A DNA stretch of 64,000 nt from Candidatus Zhuqueibacterota bacterium (GCA_049322915.1 JBMOPW010000034.1:1-64000), one strand, 5' to 3'. Positions 1 to 10,720 are shown, numbered from the stretch's first letter. A program made the numbers and translations. The notes: generated by a model not told the origin, from the sequence alone.

Positions 1-89
1 TAAACAGACTCCAAAAAACCAAATCCTAACATGTTATATACGTTGTAAGCACAGCCAATAATTTTTTCAGTCAAGCTTGCAAGTTCCAT
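1..89 (-). CDS. GxxExxY protein (PD-(D/E)XK-like), 5' part only; runs off the window start
   Basis: Not in ORF track. Minus strand from ATG at 89 reads MELASLTEKIIGCAYNVYNMLGFGFLESV(Y), containing the GxxExxY motif (GFLESVY); AGGAGG RBS upstream. Confidence 0.9.
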   Translation of the reverse strand, partial: MELASLTEKIIGCAYNVYNMLGFGFLESV

Positions 90-99
90 TACGCAGCCT

Positions 100-210
100 C
101 CTGTGATTTACACGATTATGTTTTGATTAACATGATAAAGAGCTAAAGCTAATTAATCCTGTCTATCCCAAACATCCTGTTATCCTGTCATTCTTAACCA
201 CCCTGTGATC
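100..210. repeat. Degenerate ATCCTGT/ACAGGAT short-repeat element of the kind found next to GxxExxY genes
   Basis: Plus strand aatcctgtc..atcctgttatcctgtc plus imperfect complementary copies (gatttacacgatta, gattaacatgata) directly upstream of the GxxExxY start. Confidence 0.6.
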
Positions 211-267
211 GGTTACTTGATTTTCGTAATAAACCCTTCAATTCACGGTGTTTCCAAATATGATCGC

Positions 268-2058
268 TCATTTGATGATGATGAATTTGCCTACCTGAAC
301 CTTGCCGGATTTCTGATCTTCGACGGTGAACAGGTAAATCCCGCTGGAAATGGCCTGGCCGATATCCGAAGTTAAATTCCAATCTTCATAACCCTGGGTT
401 GGATTGTCATGCGAAATGGACGAGATGAAATCGCCGGCCAGGGTGTAAATTTTGATCTCACAGCGCTCCGGCAAATTAATGAACTGAATGCGGCGATCCT
501 GTTCCATCCATCGGTCGCGGGAACCGGCCGGCTTTTCCCACTGAGGATCGAAGGCATGGTAGGCAATGTCGCCGCGATAGGGATTGGGCACGACCGCAAC
601 CTCGCCGACGGTCTCGGGCGGCTCTGTCCCCGGCACAATTTTTCTGGCATTGGCGTTCAGGCTCGATTCGAGCGATGGAAACTGAATGAGCGCGTCCGGC
701 TTGGAAAAGGCGGTCACGGTGTAAAAATATTCGAGATTGTTGAGCAGTCCCACGTCGACGAACTCGTATTGCAGGCCGGTGTTTTGATAGAATTCATTGT
801 CAGGCACATCGTACTCAGCGAGCAGCGTCCAGGGGCCAGCTTCGCTCTGCGTGCTTTTGTAGACGCGATATCCCTCGAATGGGTGGGCGGAACTATCGGC
901 GCGGTTGGGGTCCTGGTACAGTTCAGGATTATCCTCCGCGGACGTTGGCTGCCAGGTCAGCGTAACCTGGTGATTCCTCGCCTCGTAACGCAGCGGCGGT
1001 CTCGGCGGGGGAGAAGGTATAGCGTAATTCTGTTCGATGAGCCAATCCATGTATTCGGCGTTTTGAAGCATGCCGTCGACGCCCTCGCCCAAAATCAGGC
1101 CGACCGTGAATTTCAACGTATCGCCAACCAGGAGTTCGTACGGTCCCACCGAGAGCATGGATTTTGTGCCATCGCCGGTGCTGCTCTGCGGTTCCATGAT
1201 GCGATGGCTGGCCATTTGCGCGTAGCGATCTGCATCCCGATAGGGCAATCCCTGCAGACGACCGTTGTACCAGATGAATGAGTGATACAGTGAATCGCTG
1301 CGATTGGCCGGAGGATAAATTTTCACCGCGATCGGGCCATAGGCGTCGCCATCGCCTCCGCCAGGCAAATCGATGCCCACTTGCATATTGCCATCTAACA
1401 TCGAGTAAGTCTCATCATCGAGACCGTATTCCTCATTTTCCGCGTAACCAACATTGGCGTTGATCCAACTGGTGATGTAGACATCCGCCAGGTCAGATTT
1501 CGTCGCAAAAATATAGTAGTTGAAAATGATGAATTCATCCAGAGGTGGCGAGCTCCAGGCATAGCTCGTCTGAATCACTTCGATGTTCAGAGGCGCATGG
1601 TTGGTTACTGCCAGGCTCACCGGATTGTAATCGTTATAGCGGCAGACAAAATCCTGATCCGACACGCCCACATATCCCGGCCAGTAAGGGATATCAGCGA
1701 CGTGCCCGCGCTCGACTACCCAGATCGTGTCCCACGGCGCGCTGGTCGGGTAAAATTCCCGCGAAGAACCTTCGCCCTGAGCCACAGACACCAGCGAATC
1801 ATCTCCAACAATGGCGCCAATCCAGAGACCGGCTTCGGTAATGTGCTCTTCGAACGTATTCGGCGGGTACTCGCAATTGATCAGCCGCGTGAAATCGAAC
1901 AGATTGTCGCCCTTGGCATTCAACCCGCCGGTGTTGGTGATGACCAGTCGGACACGCCCGACATCATGGAGTTTCCAATCCAGGGTGGTCTGCTGGCCCA
2001 ACAGTTGAACAGGTAGTGAGAACGCGAAAATGACAGATGCTATCAGGAGTTTTTTCAT
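268..2058 (-). CDS. Secreted protein with FN3-like region and FlgD/T9SS-like C-terminal sorting domain
   Basis: Signal peptide MKKLLIASVIFAFSLPVQLLG (ATG 2058 preferred over 2088); FEGYRVYKS..YFYTVTAF; tail VVPNPY..IKIYTLAG..WNL..SGIYLF..GKFIIIK. Confidence 0.8.
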   Translation of the reverse strand: MKKLLIASVIFAFSLPVQLLGQQTTLDWKLHDVGRVRLVITNTGGLNAKGDNLFDFTRLINCEYPPNTFEEHITEAGLWIGAIVGDDSLVSVAQGEGSSREFYPTSAPWDTIWVVERGHVADIPYWPGYVGVSDQDFVCRYNDYNPVSLAVTNHAPLNIEVIQTSYAWSSPPLDEFIIFNYYIFATKSDLADVYITSWINANVGYAENEEYGLDDETYSMLDGNMQVGIDLPGGGDGDAYGPIAVKIYPPANRSDSLYHSFIWYNGRLQGLPYRDADRYAQMASHRIMEPQSSTGDGTKSMLSVGPYELLVGDTLKFTVGLILGEGVDGMLQNAEYMDWLIEQNYAIPSPPPRPPLRYEARNHQVTLTWQPTSAEDNPELYQDPNRADSSAHPFEGYRVYKSTQSEAGPWTLLAEYDVPDNEFYQNTGLQYEFVDVGLLNNLEYFYTVTAFSKPDALIQFPSLESSLNANARKIVPGTEPPETVGEVAVVPNPYRGDIAYHAFDPQWEKPAGSRDRWMEQDRRIQFINLPERCEIKIYTLAGDFISSISHDNPTQGYEDWNLTSDIGQAISSGIYLFTVEDQKSGKVQVGKFIIIK

Positions 2059-2084
2059 CGAAGCAACTTTCAGGAAACTTGAAT

Positions 2085-2768
2085 TCACGATGTTAATAAT
2101 TTTTCAAATAACTCAAAATCGAGGTAATTCGGGATGATTACCCTGGCGCCCGCGCGGATGAGTTTCTCCTTTTCAGCCCCGACGCCAACTCCAATGAACT
2201 GATAGTTCAATTCCGCGGAAGCAGTCGCATCCCACACGCCATCGCCGACATACACCACCTGTTCGAAATGATCGGTTCGATACTGCTCTCTGGCGCGATC
2301 CAGAACCATTTGCATGATTACCGTCCGCTCAATGGAATCGGAGGATGACGCCATTGGGATTTTTTCAAAATCGAACCCGGCGGTCTGAAGTTTGAGCGCC
2401 GCTGATTCTTTCCAGCATCCGGTGGCAATGGACACGGCATACTGCGGAAGCTGCTTCAGTCTTTGCATCGCTGCAACCGCGCCGGGGATTTCCAGACTAC
2501 AGTTTCTGGAGGCAGCAATTTCGCGCTGCAGGGCGCGCACATAGCTGTTTTTCACCCGCTCCATCTCCTCGCGCGTCGGCGGACGATGAAAGTGCTCCTC
2601 AAAAATTTCTGAGGACAGCCCCTCATCGGAAACATATTTGTATTTCGACCAATCGATCTCTGCGACTGCAATACGAAAGGCATCGTTCAGCGCCACAATA
2701 AAACATCGGGCGTCCACTGCTGTCGTGTCTGTCAGAGTTCCATCCACATCGAACATGATTAATTTCAT
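2085..2768 (-). CDS. HAD-superfamily hydrolase (phosphatase-like)
   Basis: Motif I FDVDGTL, motif II ATG, motif IV YVGDGVWD. Confidence 0.85.
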   Translation of the reverse strand: MKLIMFDVDGTLTDTTAVDARCFIVALNDAFRIAVAEIDWSKYKYVSDEGLSSEIFEEHFHRPPTREEMERVKNSYVRALQREIAASRNCSLEIPGAVAAMQRLKQLPQYAVSIATGCWKESAALKLQTAGFDFEKIPMASSSDSIERTVIMQMVLDRAREQYRTDHFEQVVYVGDGVWDATASAELNYQFIGVGVGAEKEKLIRAGARVIIPNYLDFELFEKLLTS

Positions 2769-2807
2769 AAGAAAAACATCTCCCGGGTCATGGCGCGAAG
2801 CCAGTTG

Positions 2808-5624
2808 TTACCAGTCAATCCGCATGCCAATTTTGACAGTCCGCGCTGAGCTGAATTGTCGCGGGTCCATCAGATTGAACATGGTGTAGTAATTGTAGTA
2901 TTGATTTGTCGGAGGCACCAGATCGCCGTATTTGAAGGGCTTGCCGGTCCATGTATTGAAACCGTATTCAATTTGCATATTGCGCTGGTCGAACAAATTG
3001 AACACGTCGGCGAAGAAGGATAACTCCAACCCTGAGACGAGGAACGATTTGCTCAATTTCAGATCCGTGGACATGGTCACCGGCCCGGTCTCCGAATTCT
3101 CCTTTTTCTGGGCTTCGGCAGGATCCAATGTGCCCGGGGTATAGGCTTTTCCCGATGAGAATCTGGACAGGACGGTCAGATTCCAGTTGTCCGGCAACGT
3201 CATGCCAAACAGTTTCGGGTGATGCTTCGGCGCTGCCGAGATAGTCCCCTGGAAAATGATTTGGTGCCGAATGTCCCAATTCAACCGGCGCTCGCGGATG
3301 GGATTTGGGAAATCAGTCGTGGAACGGACGTAATCATCGAACGCGGAAGAGGAATAGCCGTTGGCCCATTGCACGGTGTAGGTCAATTTTCCGGCGGTCA
3401 GATTGGAATAGCGCTTGCGGAGTTCAAACTCCACACCACGCGCGCGAGCATAGCCTTTGTTGTCGTAAAGGTAGACCGGCGTGCCGCGGGCTGCTGTCAG
3501 ATAGGTGGTTTGAACCTGTTGCGAAATATCCTTGGTGTAGCTTTTAATATCGATCGCCCAGTTTTTGAACAACCTGTGGGTGAAGCCGAATTCGTAGAGA
3601 ATCGTCTGTTCGTAGTCGAGATGGGGATTGCCGGCGAACGAGCCTGTCCAGGGATCGCGGTAATAATACTGAAGCTCAGGCAATTGATTGAAGTGACCAT
3701 AGGAGAAGAAGACCACGGTTTCCAGTGAGATAGGGAAGGAGATGCCAAATCTCGGGCTGAATTTGTATTTGAACGTCTTCCAGTCCGGGGTTAGGCCGGT
3801 GGCGTCGATCCAGGCATCTTTCCATTCGGTCGCATTGACGCTGTTGCCGGTGTAGAACCAGTCCATGCGCAACCCGGCATTGATGATGAGGCTCTCTTTT
3901 TCAAATTTGTCCTGAATGAACATTCCGCCGATGGTTGGCTTCACGTCGAACACCCAGCGATTCTGGCCGAACGCATTGAACGGCCCAGGCGGCGCCGGGG
4001 AGTAGGCTGCGCCTTCGTAGAGATATTTGCCATAATTCGAAAGGGTGGTGCCGCCGTCCTGAATGTCCACATATTTCAAATCGTTGAACTGCACTTCCAT
4101 GCCGGTTTTGACAAGGTGCTCGCGGTGAATTTGGGATGTCAATTCACTTTTAATGGTGAACGTTCGGGTGAAATCATCGCGCCAGATATTTTCATAACCG
4201 AGATCATCGTAAAACAGCGTCAACGGGTCGGTCTGTGGCGCAGTGATCCCGCTCTTGCTGTCCGGCGGTTCGGAGAAGCGGCTGATATAATCCTGATACC
4301 GATAGCCGACGCTGTCTTTGTAAAACGTCCAGAAATCCTGCGGCTGTTTGCCGTCCAGAGAACCCTGATAGGCCACGGAGAGAAAGCCGAAATTGATATT
4401 GTAAAATGTCGAGTTGGAAAGGGTGTGCGTGATTTTAAAATTGACATTATGGTTATCGCGCGTGTACAGCGCGCTGTGATTGGGGTAATAGAGCCACAGC
4501 CAGTTGAAATTGCTCCATCGTTTCCATGAACCGTGATAGCTCAGCGTGAAACTCATTTTCTCGTTCATGTCCCAGTTCAACTTGGCGTTGAAATTGCCGG
4601 TGTTGTTCTGTTTCTCGGTGAACGTCAGGCCGAGCACGGTGATATCATCGCGATCGCGGTGGTTGTTGTACGTGGTGTTTGTGAGATTGAAATTGGTCGA
4701 AATGAAAAAGCTCATTTTCCCGGGCAGTTTCAAACCAATTGCCGGCAGCAGGTTGCCGGTGATTGGCTCCGGGCCGCCGAAGTACAACGAAGCGTAATGG
4801 GTGTGGTAGGAATCGCCGAGGAGGCCGTGCGTGTCATTTTTATATTCAATGCCGCCGGTAAAGACATCGCCGCCGGAGCGCGTGGTGATATTCACAACCC
4901 CGGACTGGGCCTGGCCATATTCGGCATTAAAAGCGCCGGTGAGTAATTCCACGGTCTCGACATCCACCACGTTCAAATCCAGCACATCGCGGCCGCCGTA
5001 AATGGGATGCGTGACCGGCATTCCATCGACCATGTACAAAATTTCACCGCCGCGCCCCCCGCGGATGTGGACGTCCTTGAGGCTCTCGTCGCGGACCTGG
5101 AGTTGTGAACCATCGCCCAATTGCAGCGTCTGCGGCGCCGCATCGACGACTGCCCCACCGTACAGATTGAAAATATCCAGCGTTTGTTCGATGCCGGGCA
5201 TGTTTTTAATTTCCTCGCGCGCTGTCTTTTTTCGCGTGGAGGTGATGTCCATCTGAACGAGCGGTTCTTCAGCGACGATGGTGAACGTGGGCAGCTCAAT
5301 CGCCTGCGACTCCATCTTGAAATCGATTCGCGTCGTCAAATCCACCTGCACGCGGACATTCTCCACTGTCATCTTGTGATAGCCGATGACGCTGGCCATG
5401 AGCTCATACGTCCCGGGAGGAACCTGAAGAATGTAATAGTTACCCTGCATATCCGCCGAAGCGCCCAGATTGGTCCCCTTGATCATGATGTTGGCTCCGA
5501 TCAAGGGTTCACCGCTTTGTTTGTCCGTCACTTTGCCAGCGATTTTACCGGTGTTGCCGGCAAATAGCGTCGCGCTGTTGCAGAGAAACAGAATTATTAT
5601 CATGACATGCTTGAAATATTTCAC
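2808..5624 (-). CDS. TonB-dependent receptor with N-terminal carboxypeptidase-regulatory-like domain
   Basis: GTG start with AAGGAG RBS; signal peptide; GKIAGKVTD..GEPLIGANI; plug HIRGGR..GAFNAEYG..SGVVNITT; barrel ending NLFD..KIGMRIDW. Confidence 0.92.
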   Translation of the reverse strand: MKYFKHVMIIILFLCNSATLFAGNTGKIAGKVTDKQSGEPLIGANIMIKGTNLGASADMQGNYYILQVPPGTYELMASVIGYHKMTVENVRVQVDLTTRIDFKMESQAIELPTFTIVAEEPLVQMDITSTRKKTAREEIKNMPGIEQTLDIFNLYGGAVVDAAPQTLQLGDGSQLQVRDESLKDVHIRGGRGGEILYMVDGMPVTHPIYGGRDVLDLNVVDVETVELLTGAFNAEYGQAQSGVVNITTRSGGDVFTGGIEYKNDTHGLLGDSYHTHYASLYFGGPEPITGNLLPAIGLKLPGKMSFFISTNFNLTNTTYNNHRDRDDITVLGLTFTEKQNNTGNFNAKLNWDMNEKMSFTLSYHGSWKRWSNFNWLWLYYPNHSALYTRDNHNVNFKITHTLSNSTFYNINFGFLSVAYQGSLDGKQPQDFWTFYKDSVGYRYQDYISRFSEPPDSKSGITAPQTDPLTLFYDDLGYENIWRDDFTRTFTIKSELTSQIHREHLVKTGMEVQFNDLKYVDIQDGGTTLSNYGKYLYEGAAYSPAPPGPFNAFGQNRWVFDVKPTIGGMFIQDKFEKESLIINAGLRMDWFYTGNSVNATEWKDAWIDATGLTPDWKTFKYKFSPRFGISFPISLETVVFFSYGHFNQLPELQYYYRDPWTGSFAGNPHLDYEQTILYEFGFTHRLFKNWAIDIKSYTKDISQQVQTTYLTAARGTPVYLYDNKGYARARGVEFELRKRYSNLTAGKLTYTVQWANGYSSSAFDDYVRSTTDFPNPIRERRLNWDIRHQIIFQGTISAAPKHHPKLFGMTLPDNWNLTVLSRFSSGKAYTPGTLDPAEAQKKENSETGPVTMSTDLKLSKSFLVSGLELSFFADVFNLFDQRNMQIEYGFNTWTGKPFKYGDLVPPTNQYYNYYTMFNLMDPRQFSSARTVKIGMRIDW

Positions 5625-5831
5625 AACGTTTCTCCTTTGTGCACCGTTTCAATGGGTTATAAGTTGAATCTGCACAATGAAATGATGACTGTCTCTGTAT
5701 TGGTCTGTACCAAATTCGCTTTCAAATTTTACTCGCCGAATGATTCCCGGCAGACGAAAAATCGATCCTGTCCAGCCTCGCGCTGTTCTCATCCAAGTAG
5801 CTCCCGGTTGTCATTTTCACCGGCGGGCATG

Positions 5832-7283
5832 TCAGAGCCCCAGGCTTTGGAGCACCTCTGCGGCCATGACCCTGGCGTCGTTTTTCCGGATGAAGTAAAT
5901 GGGAAAACCGAACACGGCCGCATTGAAGCTGGTCCCGTAATAGCGAAGCGCGCACGCCATACCACGCGGCGCTACCAGTCCCCAGGAGGGATTGTCATAG
6001 ATGAAAATATTGCTCGTGAATCCGCCCCGGGATGGGATGATATTGATTTGAGACAACATACCGTTGTAGGGAAAAGCTTCGGCTAATTTTGTGGAGTCCA
6101 CTCTGATGCGACTGAATCCGCTGAAACTTACCGCCCCAATGAAATCGCTCGGCACCAGCGGCGTTTCATCAGCCGTGTTGATATGCAGGTAATCGTGAAT
6201 GAAGGTGCCTGCCTGAAATGTCTTTGGAAATGACTCGGTGGGCGCAAATGATTTGAGAATTCGCCAGCCACTCATGATGAAATTACCGCCCACGTTGAGG
6301 TAGTCCATAATGTCGTCGATATGCACCGGTAGTTTGTGCGGATCGCGGTCGCTGGTAAATGCATTGTCGGCGTGCCAGATGATGAGCCGATATTTGCCAA
6401 GTATTTCTTTGGAAGGCATCTCGTTTTTGTTGTAATCCCACTGCTCATTACAATCGAAAATATCAGCGTAGAACGTGTCGACGGAATCGTCATTGGCAGT
6501 GACGCCGGGAGGGAATTTCTCCTCCTGGGTTTCATCGATGATCAAAATACGATTCTCGAATGTTGGTTTGATGAGCTCAACCACCACGGAATCGCCGACC
6601 GGGTCGGTGAGATTGGTGTTATCCCTGGCCGTGACTTTAATCGTGTGCTTGCCTTCAATCGGCATGAAAAAATCAGGGTGAATGAACAGCGTCGTATCCT
6701 CGGTCCAGTTCCAGTCGCCGTTATCCACGGCCCAGGCATATTCCACAACAGCGCCATCCTCATCCTTCGCCGTGTAGGTCAGTTTAATGCCCTGCCACCA
6801 GTCCGAAGTCACGTCGACAGCAAAGAAAATGAGCCCTGTCGTGGGATACAGAATTTCCGACTCCGGAAAGACCGTCTGTTCGGTGTAGAATTTCTTGGTC
6901 GCCGGCGTCGGATCGACATCACCGTTGTTATCCACGGAACGCACCTGGAATTTCTGATAGTTCAATTCGTCGCTGGACTCGAACGCGATGGTGAGACTGG
7001 TCTCTTTAGTTTCCTGCCAGTCTTGCACCGAAGAATCGCCGTCGAAGAGGTGGTAGGTGATATAGCGGTACTGGTAGCTGGCAATAAATCCATCATCGTC
7101 CTCGCCATCCCAATGAAGCGTGATCAACGCGAACAGCGTATCATTTTCAACGGGTATATTGGCCAGGGTTGTATTAGGCAGTTGATTGGGACTTGCCGGA
7201 GAGGTTTTTCTCTCGCACGAGTTCACGAATAAAAAGCAAAGCAGCATCACAGCCAAAAGGATGTGATTGGAGAATCGTTTCAT
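5832..7283 (-). CDS. Lipoprotein with Ig/FN3-like N-terminal repeats and alpha/beta C-terminal domain
   Basis: Lipobox FVNS-C; two repeats (WDGEDDDGFIASYQY..FQVRSVDN..VDP and YTAKDEDGAVVEYAW..IKVTARDN..TDP). Confidence 0.7.
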   Translation of the reverse strand: MKRFSNHILLAVMLLCFLFVNSCERKTSPASPNQLPNTTLANIPVENDTLFALITLHWDGEDDDGFIASYQYRYITYHLFDGDSSVQDWQETKETSLTIAFESSDELNYQKFQVRSVDNNGDVDPTPATKKFYTEQTVFPESEILYPTTGLIFFAVDVTSDWWQGIKLTYTAKDEDGAVVEYAWAVDNGDWNWTEDTTLFIHPDFFMPIEGKHTIKVTARDNTNLTDPVGDSVVVELIKPTFENRILIIDETQEEKFPPGVTANDDSVDTFYADIFDCNEQWDYNKNEMPSKEILGKYRLIIWHADNAFTSDRDPHKLPVHIDDIMDYLNVGGNFIMSGWRILKSFAPTESFPKTFQAGTFIHDYLHINTADETPLVPSDFIGAVSFSGFSRIRVDSTKLAEAFPYNGMLSQINIIPSRGGFTSNIFIYDNPSWGLVAPRGMACALRYYGTSFNAAVFGFPIYFIRKNDARVMAAEVLQSLGL

Positions 7284-7432
7284 ACACTAAATCCTCTCAA
7301 ATATATTTCGCTCGATTTGCTGTGCTTCAAGATGGAAACGATGTTGACGCAGCGCGCTCCAATCTTTAAACACGGAAAATCTTCAACGTCCGAAATGGGT
7401 AACGAGCTAACGCATCACTGGCAAAACACCCG

Positions 7433-8044
7433 TTATTCAGGGTAGTTGACGCCTGCAATCTCCAGCATCCGCATAAAGTGATAGGAGTCCTTGTAGCGAA
7501 CGACGGATTTGAATGGGCTGATTTGTACGTTGACCTCCGTGATGCGACGTTCTTTGAAAACCGTGAAATTCTGGTTGAGATCAATGAGCAAGCTGGCGCC
7601 CCTGGGCAATTCGATCGGAATGCTGAAATAGCCCAGCTTCAACAGGCTGGCTGTGACGCCGATTTGCAGTTTATCATAATCGCCCGGCGGTACAAAGGAC
7701 TCGTAAATGGTGAATTTCCGGTACTGATCATTCTCCTGTTCGAGAATATTGTACGTGATGTCCTGGATCTGGTAGCTCGACGTATCCTTGTAGAGAATGG
7801 CAAAGTTATCGCCGTTGTACACTTTGCCCTGAGTAATAGTTACACCGAACCAGTCGCTTGCGGTCACGCTGAGGGTATCGCTGATGACAATGAGCGTCGT
7901 GTCAGCAGCTTCTGATTGGAGCGTGATGCGAAGAATTCCCGGCTCCGGAGATTCCACCACGCCGGTGTCGCAGCTTAACGCCAGGATGCCGATCAGAACC
8001 ACTGCCATCATCTGGAGAAACAAGAGGTATTTTTTATTGAGCAT
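7433..8044 (-). CDS. Lipoprotein, possibly DUF4382-like beta-sandwich
   Basis: Likely start MLNKKY at 8044; lipobox LALS-C; VPPGDYDKLQI motif. Confidence 0.6.
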   Translation of the reverse strand: MLNKKYLLFLQMMAVVLIGILALSCDTGVVESPEPGILRITLQSEAADTTLIVISDTLSVTASDWFGVTITQGKVYNGDNFAILYKDTSSYQIQDITYNILEQENDQYRKFTIYESFVPPGDYDKLQIGVTASLLKLGYFSIPIELPRGASLLIDLNQNFTVFKERRITEVNVQISPFKSVVRYKDSYHFMRMLEIAGVNYPE

Positions 8045-8172
8045 AATCCTATAGCCAAAGTTTATTCTGGAAAATGAAAAGCGTGAATACAGTTTACTGA
8101 CATGAAAGAAGAGAAAATCAGGTGCCGCATCGAGCGACACCCGATTTCCTCAGATAGATAATTGAATTGAAC

Positions 8173-10227
8173 TTAGCGCAACAGCAGCATCTTCTTCACG
8201 CTCGTGAAATTCTGATAGCGCAATTCGTAGAAATAGACACCACTGGCGATGCTGTGACCGGCTTCGTTGGTAGCATCCCATCGGATGGAATAGTTGCCGG
8301 CGGCGAGAATAGAGTTGTGCAATGTTTTTACTTTCTCACCGAGGAGGTTATAAATAACCAATTCAACTTTATCCTGGTTGGGAATGGCGAAGCGAATCTC
8401 TGTGGTTGGGTTGAATGGATTGGGATAGTTCTGCGCCAGTTTCACAGTTTTCGGTATATTAAAATCCCGTTGCGGATGGACAGGCGAGATCAGTCCGGCC
8501 GAGGCAAAATTATGGACTTTGATATCATCCATTTTGCCTTCGAAGAGAGTACGACCGGCGGCATACCCAATTCGCATCGGAGCGGTCGCCTGCACCGGTG
8601 GATTTTTAACGACGATCGATTTTTGATCCATAAATTGATCGTTGTGATCGCGCAATTCAAAGATGGCGGTGGAATCGGTCACTTCATAAATGACATGATA
8701 CCAGACGCCAGTTGACAATGTGGTACTCAACTGCAGGTCATTCACTGTATAACGATTTTCAGCGGGAAGAAAAGAGCCGGCGCTGATTTTGTTATTGGGC
8801 TGGAACCGAATTTCATAGTTATTCTGATACCAGTTATCCGCAGCAATCGGCCGGTTGACCAATCGGGTGTATTGAATCATGGTGTCCGCGGCAAACCAGA
8901 GTTCCACGCAGAATTCGTTATTGTGCAGGAATGGGGAATCCACTTCGAGGTAGCTGGAATCGCCCTCCAGATAGATGCAGTAATTGTCGCGCACTGTTTC
9001 GTTGGAATAGACCGGATTGCCAACCATTGTCACAGTATGGCCATAGGTCGAATGGTCGAGCGGAGCGCCGGTACCTTCTTCGAAACTGATCTGCAATGTC
9101 CTGGTGTTTGGCTCGTACACGCCAAACGAGTAGTGGATGGGCGTTTCACTCTCAGCTTCCTGGGGCGAAAGTGAGCGCATGCCGTACTCATCCTCTGCAG
9201 AAAGATAGTAGCGAATCATGGTTCCGACCGGTTGGCCAGGAATAACGGCTGTAAAGGAATCGGTAGCCACTTCTGTCATGGGCACTTCATTCCAGACACT
9301 GCCTGTGGTGTAGTGGATGGTTGCTTTCTGTACTTCGGTAGCAAAGAGGGTGGCGATTTTGGCGCTAATTACATACGAGGGCACGCTGGAAACCTGGTTT
9401 CCCATTTCAGTGACGTTGGTGATGGCCGGCGGAATGGGGATCTGCCGCACGGTATTGCTGATGCGAATTTCATCGACAAAACCATCCAGCCAGGAATCAT
9501 TACCGCCGCCGGCGTAGCCGATAAACAGCGGTTGACTCGTCGTGATTGGCGGAGTGTCAGGCGGCGCTTCGAAGGTATTGTAATCTTCCACGGCGAAGAC
9601 GATCAATTCCCGATTGGCGTTATGAACAGCCTGAACCAGAATATGTCGCGACGTGTCCCTGATAAACGTGAGATGATACCATTTTCCCGGCTCCATGGTG
9701 TTGGCCGGGGTGTTCACCTGTGGCCATGCGGACTGATCGGCGGTGTGGTATCCGCAACTGAACATGCGGGCATTGCCCCACATTTCCACAAAGTAGTTGG
9801 GACGCCAGAAAACTTCATCCCCTGTTTTGATGAAAAGTCGCGGCACCCAGCGCCAGTCTGTCGAGCCTTCGCCGAATGTGAACACGTTGATCCAGCCTTC
9901 CAGAGTCCAGTCGCCGGTCAAATCCAGAGAAGCGGTATCTGCAACGGTCACGAACGAAGAATCGGTAGCCGAATCATTGTCGATGCGAAGGCATTGGCCC
10001 AGTCCAGCGACATTATTGGGAATATAGTACAAACTGCCATGGCCTAATGCATCTGCTGACATATCTGATTCATTGATGAGGTTGCCATCAAAATGAAGCA
10101 GTACAACGGTGGCGGAATCCGACTCGTACGGCCCGCCAATTTGCGGTTGCGCCCAGGCCGGAATGAGCAGCGCCAACGAACAAACGACAACAAACAAAAT
10201 TGAGTAGAGTTTTAACAAGAGTTTCAT
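8173..10227 (-). CDS. Secreted protein with two LamG/concanavalin-A-like domains and FlgD/T9SS-like C-terminal domain
   Basis: Signal peptide; WTLEGWI..WYHL..GFVDEIRIS and FCVELWF..WYHV..GKMDDIKV; tail QNYPNPFNP..IYNLLG..SGVYFY..KKMLLLR; GGAGG RBS. Confidence 0.85.
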   Translation of the reverse strand: MKLLLKLYSILFVVVCSLALLIPAWAQPQIGGPYESDSATVVLLHFDGNLINESDMSADALGHGSLYYIPNNVAGLGQCLRIDNDSATDSSFVTVADTASLDLTGDWTLEGWINVFTFGEGSTDWRWVPRLFIKTGDEVFWRPNYFVEMWGNARMFSCGYHTADQSAWPQVNTPANTMEPGKWYHLTFIRDTSRHILVQAVHNANRELIVFAVEDYNTFEAPPDTPPITTSQPLFIGYAGGGNDSWLDGFVDEIRISNTVRQIPIPPAITNVTEMGNQVSSVPSYVISAKIATLFATEVQKATIHYTTGSVWNEVPMTEVATDSFTAVIPGQPVGTMIRYYLSAEDEYGMRSLSPQEAESETPIHYSFGVYEPNTRTLQISFEEGTGAPLDHSTYGHTVTMVGNPVYSNETVRDNYCIYLEGDSSYLEVDSPFLHNNEFCVELWFAADTMIQYTRLVNRPIAADNWYQNNYEIRFQPNNKISAGSFLPAENRYTVNDLQLSTTLSTGVWYHVIYEVTDSTAIFELRDHNDQFMDQKSIVVKNPPVQATAPMRIGYAAGRTLFEGKMDDIKVHNFASAGLISPVHPQRDFNIPKTVKLAQNYPNPFNPTTEIRFAIPNQDKVELVIYNLLGEKVKTLHNSILAAGNYSIRWDATNEAGHSIASGVYFYELRYQNFTSVKKMLLLR

Positions 10228-10543
10228 TTATTTATTCCTCCATGTTTAAAGTGACATACTGTTAATCAGTACATTTGCTCTCATTCAATAATGCCAGTTG
10301 ACTGATACTTCAACGAACAGAGTCTTAAAATAGGCGTGACTAAAAAAATAATGAGAACGAAAAATAGAAGGACGGATTCGGCTTGTACTCATTTTTTGAA
10401 GAAATTTCAAATTAGAAATCCAGTGAAGAGGAAACAGTTCTTCGATAGCTATCACGAGTCAATCAAAACGTATCGATTTACAATGCGAGCCGGAAAAGTG
10501 AAGGATAAGATTTCAAATGCAAACTGTTAAATTAACTTCGTGA

Positions 10544-10572
10544 AATATACTAAAAGACTCACCATTTGTCAA
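10544..10572 (-). promoter_or_regulatory. sigma70-type promoter for the TonB locus
   Basis: Minus strand TTGACA-N17-TATATT. Confidence 0.7.
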
Positions 10573-10691
10573 GCAAAAAAATTATTAAAATTTAACAGTA
10601 TAAAATGCATCGCCGGAAAATTAGTTTTGGTTCATCATTACATGACACTGAATTCATTTCTTATAAAAAAATTGCGGCATAGGAATTCAAC

Positions 10692-10720
10692 TTGACTTTT
10701 ATATTAAAAATAAGTATTTT
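10692..10720 (+). promoter_or_regulatory. sigma70-type promoter for the symporter operon
   Basis: TTGACT-N17-TATTTT. Confidence 0.55.

Noticed and set aside
409..1281. 290-aa plus-strand ORF and similar ones (6336-7232, 9232-10047, 28213-28992)
   Set aside because: Antisense to well-supported genes; expected from codon bias.
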